NCBI GenBank assembly: GCA_024234995.1
Contig: JACKNF010000001.1
Coordinates: forward strand, 353,622-417,621
Origin: Gammaproteobacteria bacterium
GTDB taxonomy: Bacteria > Pseudomonadota > Gammaproteobacteria > Competibacterales > Competibacteraceae
DNA: 64,000 bases
Direction: 5' to 3'
Part shown: positions 53,349 through 63,651 of the stretch, piece after piece
How positions within the stretch are numbered: position 1 is the first letter of the stretch
How the letters are laid out: each line of letters starts with the position of its first letter
Made by a program: the position numbers and the translations under genes
The notes under the pieces: generated by a model
What the model saw: only the letters and a program-made list of their open reading frames with translations
Told to the model about the DNA's origin: nothing
Databases searched by the model: none

Positions 53349-55468
53349 ATGGCTGATGTTTTTAACCGCATTTTGCGGATCGAACTCCCTGAAACGCTGG
53401 AATGCGACAAATCCGGAAAAAATCCGGCCTTTACCCTCACGTTCGTCGCCGATGGCAAGGTCCCCATTCCCGCAGGTGATCCTGCATGCGCCGGATGGGC
53501 AACACCTGATTACGGGCGATGCGCTCGAAGAAACAGTCGTCGAAGGCGATTATCACTACACCGCCAGTATTCCCGCTGGGCTGCTGTGGCCCAATACCAT
53601 CACCGTGCAGGCGGAAGGCTGCCGCAAGGCCGATATTCAACAGGCCAGCGGCAGCGACTGGATCAAGGAATTTCACCAGCTGCGCATCGTGCCGAATGTC
53701 AAAGCGCAACCTGTCATCCGGGTAGCAACAGGGCCAGGCGACACGCCAGTCAAGCTGTATTTTGGCATCCACAAGCACATGCACCAGCCTTACTACAACG
53801 TGACGGACCAGTACTACTGGGATGGCGAAAAGGACGGTATTTTCGGCGCGCGCGGCGGTCCCCTACACTCATTTTATTCCGGCTGCCGCGCGTCAATACA
53901 TCAACGGCGGCTTGCCTCACGCCGGTTTGTCCACCAGTTGGAGCGGTTCACTGATTGAGCAACTGGACCGCTGCGCCGCTGATGGCCTGTGCGGTGGACG
54001 GTTCAGCGGCTGGAATAACGAACTGCGCGCCATCGCACAGGAAAAAACCGGGTTGGGCCCCCGTGTGGATTTCGTCGCCTTCGGTTTCTTCCATCCGCTC
54101 ATGGCGCTGATCCCTGGCCGGAACATCGTCAAGCAGGTCGAATGGCACCGGAATATCATCCGCTCGGCATTTGGCGTAGAAGCCTCCAGCGTGATGTTCC
54201 CACCGGAAACCGCCTTTCATATCCGTATGATTCCGGCGCTGAATCAGGCCGGTGTCAAGGCGGTGATTTACGACTCCATCCATCGTTTCCGGGCATGCAA
54301 AGACTATCCTTACGCCGGAATCAACGAAGGCATGCTGCCGCCCAATCCCGCTGAGCAGGTCAATCCACCCGTTAACGACTGGCTGCAACTGAATAATATC
54401 TGGGCGGGATCGAAAATTTCGCCGAGTCTGCTGAAACCTGAATACGTGCAATACGAAGATCCAGAGGGAGAGATTCACAAAATTATTGCTGTGCCGGCAG
54501 AGCGTTATATCGGTAATGAGGATGCGCGCGGCGGCTTTGGCGCATTGCAATATCCAGATGTATTAGGACAGGTCTATAACCGGATCGTCGATACCGGCTC
54601 TTTTGATCCCAAGCATCCGCCATTCTTCCTGCTGCATTCCGACGGTGACAATCACGGCGGTGGCGCTGACAGCTATTACAATCATAATACGGGGGAAATG
54701 GTCCGATGGTTGCAGGGTGATCCGCGTTTCGAGCTAACCTCGGTTCATGATTACCTGGATCGTTTTCCACCTGATCCCGCACAGGCGGGGCATATCGAAC
54801 CCGGTTCCTGGAGCGGCGCTGATAATGGCGACCCGCAGTTCATGAAGTGGTTCAGCCGCTACGATCAACCTTACTCGCCTGATCTAAATTCCTGGGCGGT
54901 GCTGACCGCTTTGCAGAATGTGGTGCATTCCCTGGAAGATGCGGGTCAGTCAGGGCTGGACGACATTAGTTGGCTGATGCTGGCTGCCGAGACCAGTTGT
55001 TATTGGTACTGGACTGGGCAAACAGTGTGGGATCAACAGGTAACCAATGCGGCTAACCAAGGCTATCGCATGGTCAAGAGCCATGTGGATGCATTGCTCG
55101 CTGCTGGCAAGGATCGCACCGGGCCGGCCATTTTTGCGCCGTGGGTGACGCCGGAAAATCCCGGCGGCAAACGTTGGGGCCAAGGTTGTTTGCTGGACGC
55201 GCCGCGTGAGGGAACGGTGCATACGTTCGTCTATGACATCAGCGGGTTGAAGCGGGTGACGCTGGTGTTGCGCGATGCTCAGGGTGAAACACGCTTGGCG
55301 ATGACTGATAACGGACTGTATCCTACACAGACCGGTGCGGTCATTACTGGAAATTACTACACCGCTAAGCTGCCGGTTGGTGCTGGCGATGTGCGCTACT
55401 ACATCGAGGCGGAAGACGCCAAAGGCAACATCTCCCGTGGGGCATTAGAACGGGTGTATTTGGCGTAG
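53349..55468 (+). CDS. Glycoside hydrolase family 57 domain protein; 2 frameshifts in the first about 520 nt, then 1.6 kb intact
   Basis: The GH57 motif KLYFGIHKHMHQPYY is present. The N-terminal part is split at about 53465 and about 53860. Confidence 0.65.
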
Positions 55469-55608
55469 ATGGATAAGACTGGAGTTCGGGAGAGCAGCGA
55501 GCACCAGGCAATAGACGGGGCATCGTCTGATATGAACTCTCCTGGAACTCCTGTTTTATATGACACCTTGGCTGGGATGGAAAATATCCTGGCCACTGAG
55601 GCCGCAGC

Positions 55609-56613
55609 ATGACGGGCAGGATCGCGGTTATTGTCATCAACTACCGGCGGGTTGCTGACACGCTGGAGTGCCTGGATTCATTGCGGCACGTTGCTGCACC
55701 GGAATTTGACATCTTTCTGGTGGATAATGGCTCCAGCGCCAGCGATGTTGCTCAATTAAATGACTATGTTACCCGCCATCCCGAGCGCATCACCTTTACG
55801 GCTTTTTCCAGGAATCATGGTTTCACCGGCGCGCATAACCGGTTGTTCGGACAATTAGTGCCGCATGATCGCTATGAATTTTTTCTGCTGCTTAATAATG
55901 ATACCGTGGTCGAGCCGGATTTTCTGGCGCGGATGCTGGCGCGGATTGACTGTGAGCGGCGCATTGAGATGGTAGCAGCGCGAGTGATGAAGTACGCAAA
56001 CCGCGACGAAGTAGACAACCTGGGGATCACCTTCTACAAGTGCGGGCTGGCTTCTAACCGCAAATCGCCGGATGATCCGTTACTGGGTCCCAGTGGCAAC
56101 TGCGCACTGTACACCACGGATTTATTGCGTCAGGTCTACCGGGTATCCGGCGAGTACTTTGACGAGCAGTTTTTCTGTTACGCCGAAGATACCGACTTAG
56201 CTTGGCGGGCCGTGTTGCTCGGTTATCAGGCTGCTTATGCAGAAGATGCCCGGATCTATCATAAGGGTTCCGTTGCCAGTGGCGGACCCAACAGCGATTT
56301 CGTGCTTTATCATGGCATCCGCAATTCGCTGTTTATGCTGGTCAAGGATGTGCCCGCCTGGTTTCTGGGGCGCAATCTGTTCTGGCTGCTGGCGCTGCAC
56401 GGGGCTATCCTGCTGCGCTACACGGTCAAGGGCAAATTGGGTATCGTATTCCGGTTGTACCGGGATTTCCTGCGTGGCGTCCTGGTGATGCGCCGCAAGC
56501 GCCGGCTGATTCAGCCGCAACGGCGGATTTCGTTGCGCGAGGTCGGCCAGCGGATCAGCCGGCAATTTTATGAACGAGGTTACCTGCTGGGCGCGTTGCG
56601 GGATTTGTATTGA
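55609..56613 (+). CDS. Family 2 glycosyltransferase
   Basis: The blocks IAVIVINYRR....CL.SL and VDNGSSA, and a DxD-type core, are present. Confidence 0.8.
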   Translation: MTGRIAVIVINYRRVADTLECLDSLRHVAAPEFDIFLVDNGSSASDVAQLNDYVTRHPERITFTAFSRNHGFTGAHNRLFGQLVPHDRYEFFLLLNNDTVVEPDFLARMLARIDCERRIEMVAARVMKYANRDEVDNLGITFYKCGLASNRKSPDDPLLGPSGNCALYTTDLLRQVYRVSGEYFDEQFFCYAEDTDLAWRAVLLGYQAAYAEDARIYHKGSVASGGPNSDFVLYHGIRNSLFMLVKDVPAWFLGRNLFWLLALHGAILLRYTVKGKLGIVFRLYRDFLRGVLVMRRKRRLIQPQRRISLREVGQRISRQFYERGYLLGALRDLY

Positions 56614-56795
56614 TAAATCAATATTTTGTTTAAATCCAGCAGCTACGATAGAGAGTATTCTACAGCCGGTATTAAGATTGCTATAGGCGTGGTTGGCGTC
56701 AAAGTGTTAATATCCAGTGCGCAATATCAATCCCAGATTGTTGAGTTATTTTTCCAACCCGTTCAGTAATCCCACAACCTTGGCCATAACTTACC

Positions 56796-57608
56796 ATGGT
56801 GGAATACGATTCCGCTAAAAGCTCCCCTGCAATAATTGACGAGTTTGTTCAGCTTATTCGTTATCGTGATCTAGTCTTTTTAATGACAGGAAATATTCTA
56901 AAGAATCGCTATAAGCGTTCAATGTTAGGTATTTTCTGGATGTTATTGAATCCGTTGTTGCAAACAATTGTCCTGACTATTGCCTTCGGGACCATGTTTA
57001 AATCATCGCTATCGCATTATGCCATCTATCTGTTGAGTGGCCTTCTGGTTTGGAACTTCATTACACAAACTACCCAATACGCAATGGGTACTATGGCGTA
57101 TGGCGGTGGATTGCTTAAAAAGATCTATGTTCCCCGCGCTACCTATATCGTTGCAGCCGTTGGTAATGGAATGGTTAACTTTTTTATCTCAATTTTCTCT
57201 CTGATAATTATTATTATTTTTCTTGATCACCCGCTTGGTGCCGCCTGGTTTTTCATTCCAATTAGCATTCTCATCTTGACGATATTCACCTTTGGTTTTT
57301 CCTTGTTATTATCTACAGCATCCGTATTTTTTACTGATACCTTAGATATTTATCAAGTCTTGATTCAGGCGTTATTCTTTTTGACTCCTATCATGTATCC
57401 ACTCTCTATTCTTTCACCAGAATTAAGTCAGTTTTTAGCATGGAATCCTTTTTTGATACTAATCGAAATGTTCCGCACTCCTATTTATGCCAATCATCTT
57501 CCTGACACCAGTTTGATTGTGAATGCCGTGTCCCTCGCGTTTACTACCCTGCTGGCGGGTTGGATCGCATTCACCAGCAAGGCCGATCAGTTAGCGTATC
57601 GCCTGTAG
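56796..57608 (+). CDS. wzm: ABC-2 type polysaccharide exporter permease (Wzm/TagG/KpsM-like)
   Basis: It has 6 TM helices and the ABC-2 signature region. It lies directly upstream of the ATPase. Confidence 0.8.
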   Translation: MVEYDSAKSSPAIIDEFVQLIRYRDLVFLMTGNILKNRYKRSMLGIFWMLLNPLLQTIVLTIAFGTMFKSSLSHYAIYLLSGLLVWNFITQTTQYAMGTMAYGGGLLKKIYVPRATYIVAAVGNGMVNFFISIFSLIIIIIFLDHPLGAAWFFIPISILILTIFTFGFSLLLSTASVFFTDTLDIYQVLIQALFFLTPIMYPLSILSPELSQFLAWNPFLILIEMFRTPIYANHLPDTSLIVNAVSLAFTTLLAGWIAFTSKADQLAYRL

Positions 57609-57610
57609 TT

Positions 57611-58354
57611 ATGAATACGACTGTTATACAACTGGATAATGTCACAGTGCGTTTCCGGATTCCCCATGAAAAGATTCCAACCTTTCAGGAATACGCGATC
57701 CGATGGCTTAAAAGACGCAGTATCAGTTATACCGATTTTAATGCCTTAAACAACATTAGTTTTTCTATAAAACAAGGTGAAACTGTTGGCATCATCGGTG
57801 CGAATGGAGCGGGCAAAAGCACTTTGCTCAAAGTGATTGCCCGGGTGATTCGCCCTATGCAAGGAAGAGTCTTTTTAAAAGGGCGAGTGGCGCCCTTACT
57901 GGAGCTGGGTGCTGGATTTGACTATGAGATGACCGGACGGGAAAATATTTTCCTGAATGGCGCGGTACTGGGCTTTAGCCGTAGGGATATGGCAAATCGG
58001 CTGGAAAGAATCGTCGAGTTTGCTGGCATTGAAGAATTCATGGATGCGCCTATTCGCACTTATTCCAGTGGCATGGTTGCCCGGCTGGGATTTGCGATTG
58101 CAACCGATGTTCAGCCTGATGTGCTCATCATTGATGAAATTTTGTCGGTAGGCGATACCGATTTTCAGAAAAAGTCCGCAGCTAGAATCTTGCATTACCA
58201 TAAGAACGGATCAACGATTCTTGTCGTCTCCCATAATCCGGATTCAATTAGGAATTTGTGCAGCCGGGCTATGTGGCTTGCGCAGGGCTCCATTAAAATG
58301 GCTGGACCTGTTGATGTGATCATGGATCAATACTCGCAAGATTCAATGTCGTGA
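57611..58354 (+). CDS. wzt: Polysaccharide ABC exporter ATP-binding protein (Wzt/TagH-like; short form without a C-terminal carbohydrate-binding domain)
   Basis: It has Walker A GANGAGKST, the signature YSSGMVARL and Walker B LIIDE. The product is 248 aa from the ATG at 57611. Confidence 0.85.
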   Translation: MNTTVIQLDNVTVRFRIPHEKIPTFQEYAIRWLKRRSISYTDFNALNNISFSIKQGETVGIIGANGAGKSTLLKVIARVIRPMQGRVFLKGRVAPLLELGAGFDYEMTGRENIFLNGAVLGFSRRDMANRLERIVEFAGIEEFMDAPIRTYSSGMVARLGFAIATDVQPDVLIIDEILSVGDTDFQKKSAARILHYHKNGSTILVVSHNPDSIRNLCSRAMWLAQGSIKMAGPVDVIMDQYSQDSMS

Positions 58355-60063
58355 ATGGCCCGCTTATTTCACTCGTCGTACCCGTCCATAATGTGGAGCG
58401 CCGATGGTTGAAAGCCGCTATCAACTCGGTCCGCCGCCAAACCTATCCGAACTGGCAGTTATGCATTGCTGATGATGGATCCTGCCGTCAAGAGACCCTG
58501 AATTATCTTCGTGAGCTACAGGAAGAACGTATCCAAATCGTCTTTTTGAACACGAGCCGGGGTATTGCGGTGGCGTCTAATGCTGCGCTCGATCTGGCCA
58601 AAGGCGAATTTGTTGGTTTTCTCGATCACGATGATGAGCTGACGCCCTATGCCTTACAGGAAGTAGCCCAGACGATTGCTGAATATAAAGCCGATCTCAT
58701 CTATTCCGATGAAGAATATATCAAACCGGATGGCCGCCGTTATTCAGTGCATTTCAAACCTGACTACTCGCCCGATCTGCTTTTATCAATCAACTATATT
58801 TGTCATTTGACGGTCTATCGCCGCTCGCTTTTGCAAAAAATTGGCGGGTTTCGTGAGGGTTATGATGGTGCCCAGGATCACGAGATGTTGTTGCGCTTTT
58901 TGGAGCAAACAGATCGGATTGTTCATATTCCTAAAGTTCTGTACCGGTGGCGCCGGATTGCCGGTTCCACCGCTGATCGTTTTTCACACAAACATTATGC
59001 TTGGGAAGCAGGCCGCAAGGCGGTAGCGGCGGCGCTTAGCCGCCGGAGCATCGCCGGAGACGTCACGCTAGGCAGGCGCCCTGGCGTTTACCGGGTACGC
59101 CGTGAGATCAGGAATCACCCTGAAATCAGTATTATTATCCCTTTTCGGGACTTGCCGGCAGTGCTCGAACGGTGCCTGGATTCCATTCTGAATCGAACAA
59201 CCTATCCCCACTTTGAAATTATTGGCGTTTCCAACCAGAGCCGGGAACCAGCGACCCTGGATCTGATGGCAGATTATCAGCGGCGGGATGGGCGTATACG
59301 CTTTCTGCATGATGACCAGCCATTTAATTTTGCTGCGATCAATAATTTTGCAGCGCAACATGCCAAGGGAGCGCATCTATTATTATTGAACAATGACACC
59401 GAAGTTATCTATCCGGATTGGCTGCAGGCATTGTTAGAACATTCGCAACGCCCGGAGGTCGGTGCAGTCGGCGCTAAGCTGTATTATCCAAATAATACTA
59501 TTCAGCATGCCGGAGTCATCCTTGGCATTGGAGGTGCTGCCGGTCATTCTCACAAAGGCTTTGACCGGAATGATCCCGGCTATTTCAATCGCTTGGAAGC
59601 GATTCAGAATGTCAGTGCGGTCACCGGAGCTTGCCTGATGGTCAAGAAAACCCTCTACCAAGCACTGGATGGTTTGGATGAAGAGAATCTACCCATCGCT
59701 TTAAATGATGTTGATTTCTGTCTGCGCCTGCGTGAATGGGGTTATTTGAATGTTTTCACCCCTTATTGTGAGCTGTACCATCACGAATCACGCTCGCGGG
59801 GTCTGGAAAATACCCCGGATAAGCGAGCGCGATTTCAACAGGAAACCCGTTATCTGCGGGAACGCCATGCTGCCCTTTTCGCCGGAGGTGATCCCTACTA
59901 TAACCCTCACTTACCCTTGGATCGTGAAACATTTGGTCTACGTTTACGGCAATTGCGCCCTATGGCGTTTGCCCTGCGCGATGAATGGCAGGCCCATCGT
60001 TCATTAACAGGTGTCCTGACTGGATTGGGCCGGGAATTACGGAGATTGATTCCCTTCGGGTGA
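58351..60063 (+). CDS. Glycosyltransferase with two GT2 domains
   Basis: Two Rossmann GT2 N-termini are present (ISLVVPVHN; ISIIIPFRD), each followed by DxD/DD motifs. Confidence 0.8.
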   Translation: MNGPLISLVVPVHNVERRWLKAAINSVRRQTYPNWQLCIADDGSCRQETLNYLRELQEERIQIVFLNTSRGIAVASNAALDLAKGEFVGFLDHDDELTPYALQEVAQTIAEYKADLIYSDEEYIKPDGRRYSVHFKPDYSPDLLLSINYICHLTVYRRSLLQKIGGFREGYDGAQDHEMLLRFLEQTDRIVHIPKVLYRWRRIAGSTADRFSHKHYAWEAGRKAVAAALSRRSIAGDVTLGRRPGVYRVRREIRNHPEISIIIPFRDLPAVLERCLDSILNRTTYPHFEIIGVSNQSREPATLDLMADYQRRDGRIRFLHDDQPFNFAAINNFAAQHAKGAHLLLLNNDTEVIYPDWLQALLEHSQRPEVGAVGAKLYYPNNTIQHAGVILGIGGAAGHSHKGFDRNDPGYFNRLEAIQNVSAVTGACLMVKKTLYQALDGLDEENLPIALNDVDFCLRLREWGYLNVFTPYCELYHHESRSRGLENTPDKRARFQQETRYLRERHAALFAGGDPYYNPHLPLDRETFGLRLRQLRPMAFALRDEWQAHRSLTGVLTGLGRELRRLIPFG

Positions 60064-60144
60064 GGCATATTTTGTATGCTGGTTGTGAAACTGTTCATTT
60101 CAATAGTATTTTATCTTTACTTCATCAAAGGATATTAGGATCAA

Positions 60145-60774
60145 ATGGCTATAGGCCCTTTTGTTCGTCAATTGCTTGGCCCGTTTGAAAGATCGGTATC
60201 AGATATTTATCGTGCTGTTTTCGTTGATTTGTTAGTATTGGCTAAGCAGATAAAAGATCAGATTCCTGCCGAGAATATTTTAGAAATCGGTTGCGGGGAA
60301 GGTGCGCTTACAGAATATTTATCCCGGATTTATTCAAAAGCTCACTTGACAGGAATCGACATCACACCCCAGGTAGGGCGCATGTTTCAAGGTGATTTAA
60401 GCCGGGTGCTTTTTAAGCAACAACCTGTTAAAGATTTTGTTGATCAAAATCAATCCTGTTTTGATCTGGTAGTAATTAGTGATGTGCTTCATCATGTCCC
60501 TTGGGAAATGCATCAGGATTTTTTAGCGGATTCCGCAAAAGCATTAAAGTCTGGAGGATATCTTGCTATTAAAGATTGGGAATCTCGTTCAACACCCATT
60601 CATTTGCTCTGCTATTTGGCAGATCGGTACATTACAGGAGATCGAGTTAAGTATAAAACGTTGGATCAATTAAGAGCCTTGATTAAGGCCGCTTTTGGTG
60701 AAGATTGTATTAATAAAGAAATACGGATTCGTCCATGGTCAAATAATATAGTTTTTTTCGTTCAAATTCAGTAA
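60145..60774 (+). CDS. Class I SAM-dependent methyltransferase
   Basis: It has the motif I ILEIGCGEGAL and the post-I acidic D.VL.H. Confidence 0.7.
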   Translation: MAIGPFVRQLLGPFERSVSDIYRAVFVDLLVLAKQIKDQIPAENILEIGCGEGALTEYLSRIYSKAHLTGIDITPQVGRMFQGDLSRVLFKQQPVKDFVDQNQSCFDLVVISDVLHHVPWEMHQDFLADSAKALKSGGYLAIKDWESRSTPIHLLCYLADRYITGDRVKYKTLDQLRALIKAAFGEDCINKEIRIRPWSNNIVFFVQIQ

Positions 60775-60790
60775 TTCTGCGGATCTAATA

Positions 60791-61747
60791 ATGGCGCAGC
60801 CTTGGTTGTCGATTTTAATGCCTACTTGTAATGGTGAAACCTATCTGCCGTTTGCCTTGGATTCAGTGATAGACCAGCAGGAAACTGATATTGAATGTAT
60901 TGTGATCGATGACGGATCTACCGATGCGACTCTCTCAATCCTGCGTACTTATCAAGACAGATTGCCTATTAAAATTGTACAGAGGGAGAGACAAGGTAAT
61001 TGGGTTGCTAACACTAACCATGCTCTTTCCATTGCCAAAGGTCAATACGTTTGTTTTTTACATCAGGATGATCTGTGGTTCGAGGATCGCCTAGCTATAA
61101 TGAAACAGATTATTGAGCAGTTTCCAAAAGTCAATTTTTTTATTCATTCCTGTGAGTTTATTGATAAAGAAAATAAATCATTAGGCATATGGCAATGTCC
61201 CTTACCAAGATTTCCTGAGGTTATTAACCTTGGAATGATGACGGAAAAATTGCTAATACAAAATTTTATTTCTATTCCTGCCCCAATTTTTAAACGAGAG
61301 ATTGCTCTGAAAGTTGGGGGATTGGATGAAAGCTTATGGTACACAGCCGATTGGGACCTATGGTTAAAGATTGCCGCTTGCAGTGACACGCTTTATTATC
61401 CAAAGCCATTGGCAGGATTTCGTATTCATCCTAGCTCACAAACTATGGTTCGCAGTTCCTATTTGCAGGATTTTCGTAAGCAATTGGAAAGCGTTGCTGA
61501 AAAGCATCTGGTGACTTGGCATGCCCATAAATCTTTAAAAAAAAGTGTTTTCAAAAGCGCTTCTTTTTCGATCGAAGTTAATGCGGGTATGGCGGGTATG
61601 ATACACAATCAAAAACCTCCTATTTTTAGGCTGGTTATTTTATTTCTATCACTAGGATTTTCAGGATGGCGTCGCTATTTCAGAGATTCCCGTATTTGGG
61701 AGCGGGTTTCCGCCAGACTAAAAGTAAGGCTCAAGAAAAAAATATAA
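60791..61747 (+). CDS. Family 2 glycosyltransferase
   Basis: The blocks LSILMPTCNGE and IVIDDGSTD are present. Confidence 0.8.
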   Translation: MAQPWLSILMPTCNGETYLPFALDSVIDQQETDIECIVIDDGSTDATLSILRTYQDRLPIKIVQRERQGNWVANTNHALSIAKGQYVCFLHQDDLWFEDRLAIMKQIIEQFPKVNFFIHSCEFIDKENKSLGIWQCPLPRFPEVINLGMMTEKLLIQNFISIPAPIFKREIALKVGGLDESLWYTADWDLWLKIAACSDTLYYPKPLAGFRIHPSSQTMVRSSYLQDFRKQLESVAEKHLVTWHAHKSLKKSVFKSASFSIEVNAGMAGMIHNQKPPIFRLVILFLSLGFSGWRRYFRDSRIWERVSARLKVRLKKKI

Positions 61748-61787
61748 TCGAATTTACTTATTAAGTAGTGATTATTGAGAGATAAAT

Positions 61788-63206
61788 ATGCTCTTGAATC
61801 CTCATCGGGATGCGGCTTTGATTAGTCGAATCGAAACTGTGCTACGTGAAGCCTACTTGGATGAGGGGGAGTTCTCTATCGAGAATGAGGTATTCCTTCG
61901 TTATAACCAAGCCTGCGAGTATGCGGTTCCCTGGGTTGACCGTGTTGCTCCTTTAGCCGGTTCCAGAGTGGTTGAAATCGGCTGTGGAACTGGTTCTAGT
62001 ACCTGTGCATTCGCGCAATTAGCTGGGCAGGTGCAGGGTTATGATATCGCACCAGCCTATGTTGCTGGTGCGCTTAGTCGCGCCCATGTCCTTGGGTTGA
62101 CCAACATCGATGTTCAGGCGGTTGCCTCAGAACAGTTGTTAAGCGAGGTACGTCGCTGCCATGAGACAGAGCAAGCTGATCTTGTCCTGCTTTATGCAGT
62201 CCTTGAACATTGTACTGCCCAGGAATGTTTGGAAACGCTGCGCACCGCTTGGGATGTGCTCCGTCCCGGCGGTCATCTGGTCGTGATCGAGACGCCTAAC
62301 CGGTTCGGTTATATGGATGTTCACACTGCTTTTCTGCCGTTCTTTCACATGCTGCCTGGTCCTATCGCCCTGCGCTATTATCACCGGACCCATCGCCAAA
62401 AGGTCATCAGGACGTTGGACCAGGCGCTTCGTATATCCTCGCAGGAGGCGGAGTTAGCTCGCATCCGGCTCGGCACAGGGATTAGTTTCCATGATTTTCA
62501 AGTCGCTCTTGAAATCGAGGATCTCGGTCCGGTACTCGCTGCCGACGGTTATGAACCAGAGATGCTAGCGTGGTTCCCCATTACGCTTGAAGAGCGTCTG
62601 CTTCAGACCTTTTTTCTGGCGCGAGATGTTCCCGCTCCCATCGGTTTCGCCCGATATGTGCTAAATCTCATTTTGCGTAAACCTGATTCCAAAACGTCCT
62701 CTAAATCATTGCTACCCTTAGCATCTAGGGCTGAATTTCTGACCAACTATCAGTGTGCAAAAATGGAAGCGCCCACACAGCAAACCTACTGGCGCGAGGT
62801 ATTTGATCGACTCGGCGAAACGGTGTTGATCATTATGGAAAACCAAGCTGATCTCATCATCCTTGGGAATGAATTGAATATTGAAAAAAGCCATAATGCT
62901 ATCTGCTTTGAAGCGACCGGGTATGACCCTTATTTTTACTTGCCACTGGTTAACACATTGTCTCAAAAGGCGTTGATGAAGATCGAGATGGATGCGCCAA
63001 GCCATTCAACCTTGCAGGTTTTTCATGTCACCACGGATATGCCTGAGTATACGGAGGAAAAATCTAGCCGTTTACCGGTTTATCGTGGACGCAATACGCT
63101 AATGGTAGAATTACCACCTGATTTAACAGGCCATCTGCGTATTGATCCTGGTGAGATTCCTGGAAAATATCGTGTTTATCGTATTGAAATTCGTTGTGTT
63201 CATTAA
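61788..63206 (+). CDS. Methyltransferase-domain protein with an uncharacterised roughly 250-aa C-terminal domain
   Basis: A SAM motif VVEIGCGTGSS is present at residues 60-70. The C-terminal half has no recognised motif. Confidence 0.6.
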   Translation: MLLNPHRDAALISRIETVLREAYLDEGEFSIENEVFLRYNQACEYAVPWVDRVAPLAGSRVVEIGCGTGSSTCAFAQLAGQVQGYDIAPAYVAGALSRAHVLGLTNIDVQAVASEQLLSEVRRCHETEQADLVLLYAVLEHCTAQECLETLRTAWDVLRPGGHLVVIETPNRFGYMDVHTAFLPFFHMLPGPIALRYYHRTHRQKVIRTLDQALRISSQEAELARIRLGTGISFHDFQVALEIEDLGPVLAADGYEPEMLAWFPITLEERLLQTFFLARDVPAPIGFARYVLNLILRKPDSKTSSKSLLPLASRAEFLTNYQCAKMEAPTQQTYWREVFDRLGETVLIIMENQADLIILGNELNIEKSHNAICFEATGYDPYFYLPLVNTLSQKALMKIEMDAPSHSTLQVFHVTTDMPEYTEEKSSRLPVYRGRNTLMVELPPDLTGHLRIDPGEIPGKYRVYRIEIRCVH

Positions 63207-63647
63207 ATGGGTAGAAAAATTAATTTAAAGCTTCCTGATTTTCTCAGGAAAAATGAATTTGTAAAATTTTGTGTTGTAGGTTCTTTTTGTGCTTTGCAAA
63301 ATATTTTAATTATATACCTCCTGACATCCATTTTAAATCTTCATTATATCTTTTCAATACTTATTCAAATGCTATATATCAATACTTTAGGGTTTTATTT
63401 AAATCGTCGCTATACATTCTCTATACAAAGCGGTCATTTTTGGCATGAACTCATTAAATATCATACAGTCATGATGTCTAGTTTGTTCGCCGTTTCTATT
63501 TTAATGTATTTATTAGTTGAGGTAATACATATTTGGTATTTATACGCTTTTATTCTTTTGACTATAGGAATGACTATTTATAATTTTATAACACACAAAA
63601 GATGGACTTTTAAACAAAAACCCAGCCAACAATCTATGGAGCATTAA
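63207..63647 (+). CDS. GtrA-family polysaccharide-synthesis membrane protein
   Basis: The 146-aa product has 4 TM helices and begins ...FVKFCVVGSF. Confidence 0.65.
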   Translation: MGRKINLKLPDFLRKNEFVKFCVVGSFCALQNILIIYLLTSILNLHYIFSILIQMLYINTLGFYLNRRYTFSIQSGHFWHELIKYHTVMMSSLFAVSILMYLLVEVIHIWYLYAFILLTIGMTIYNFITHKRWTFKQKPSQQSMEH

Positions 63648-63651
63648 TTAG

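Noticed and set aside
56614-56795. Expected JUMPstart/ops (GGCGGTAG) element upstream of the polysaccharide cluster
   Set aside because: I searched the spacer by eye and found no ops match.
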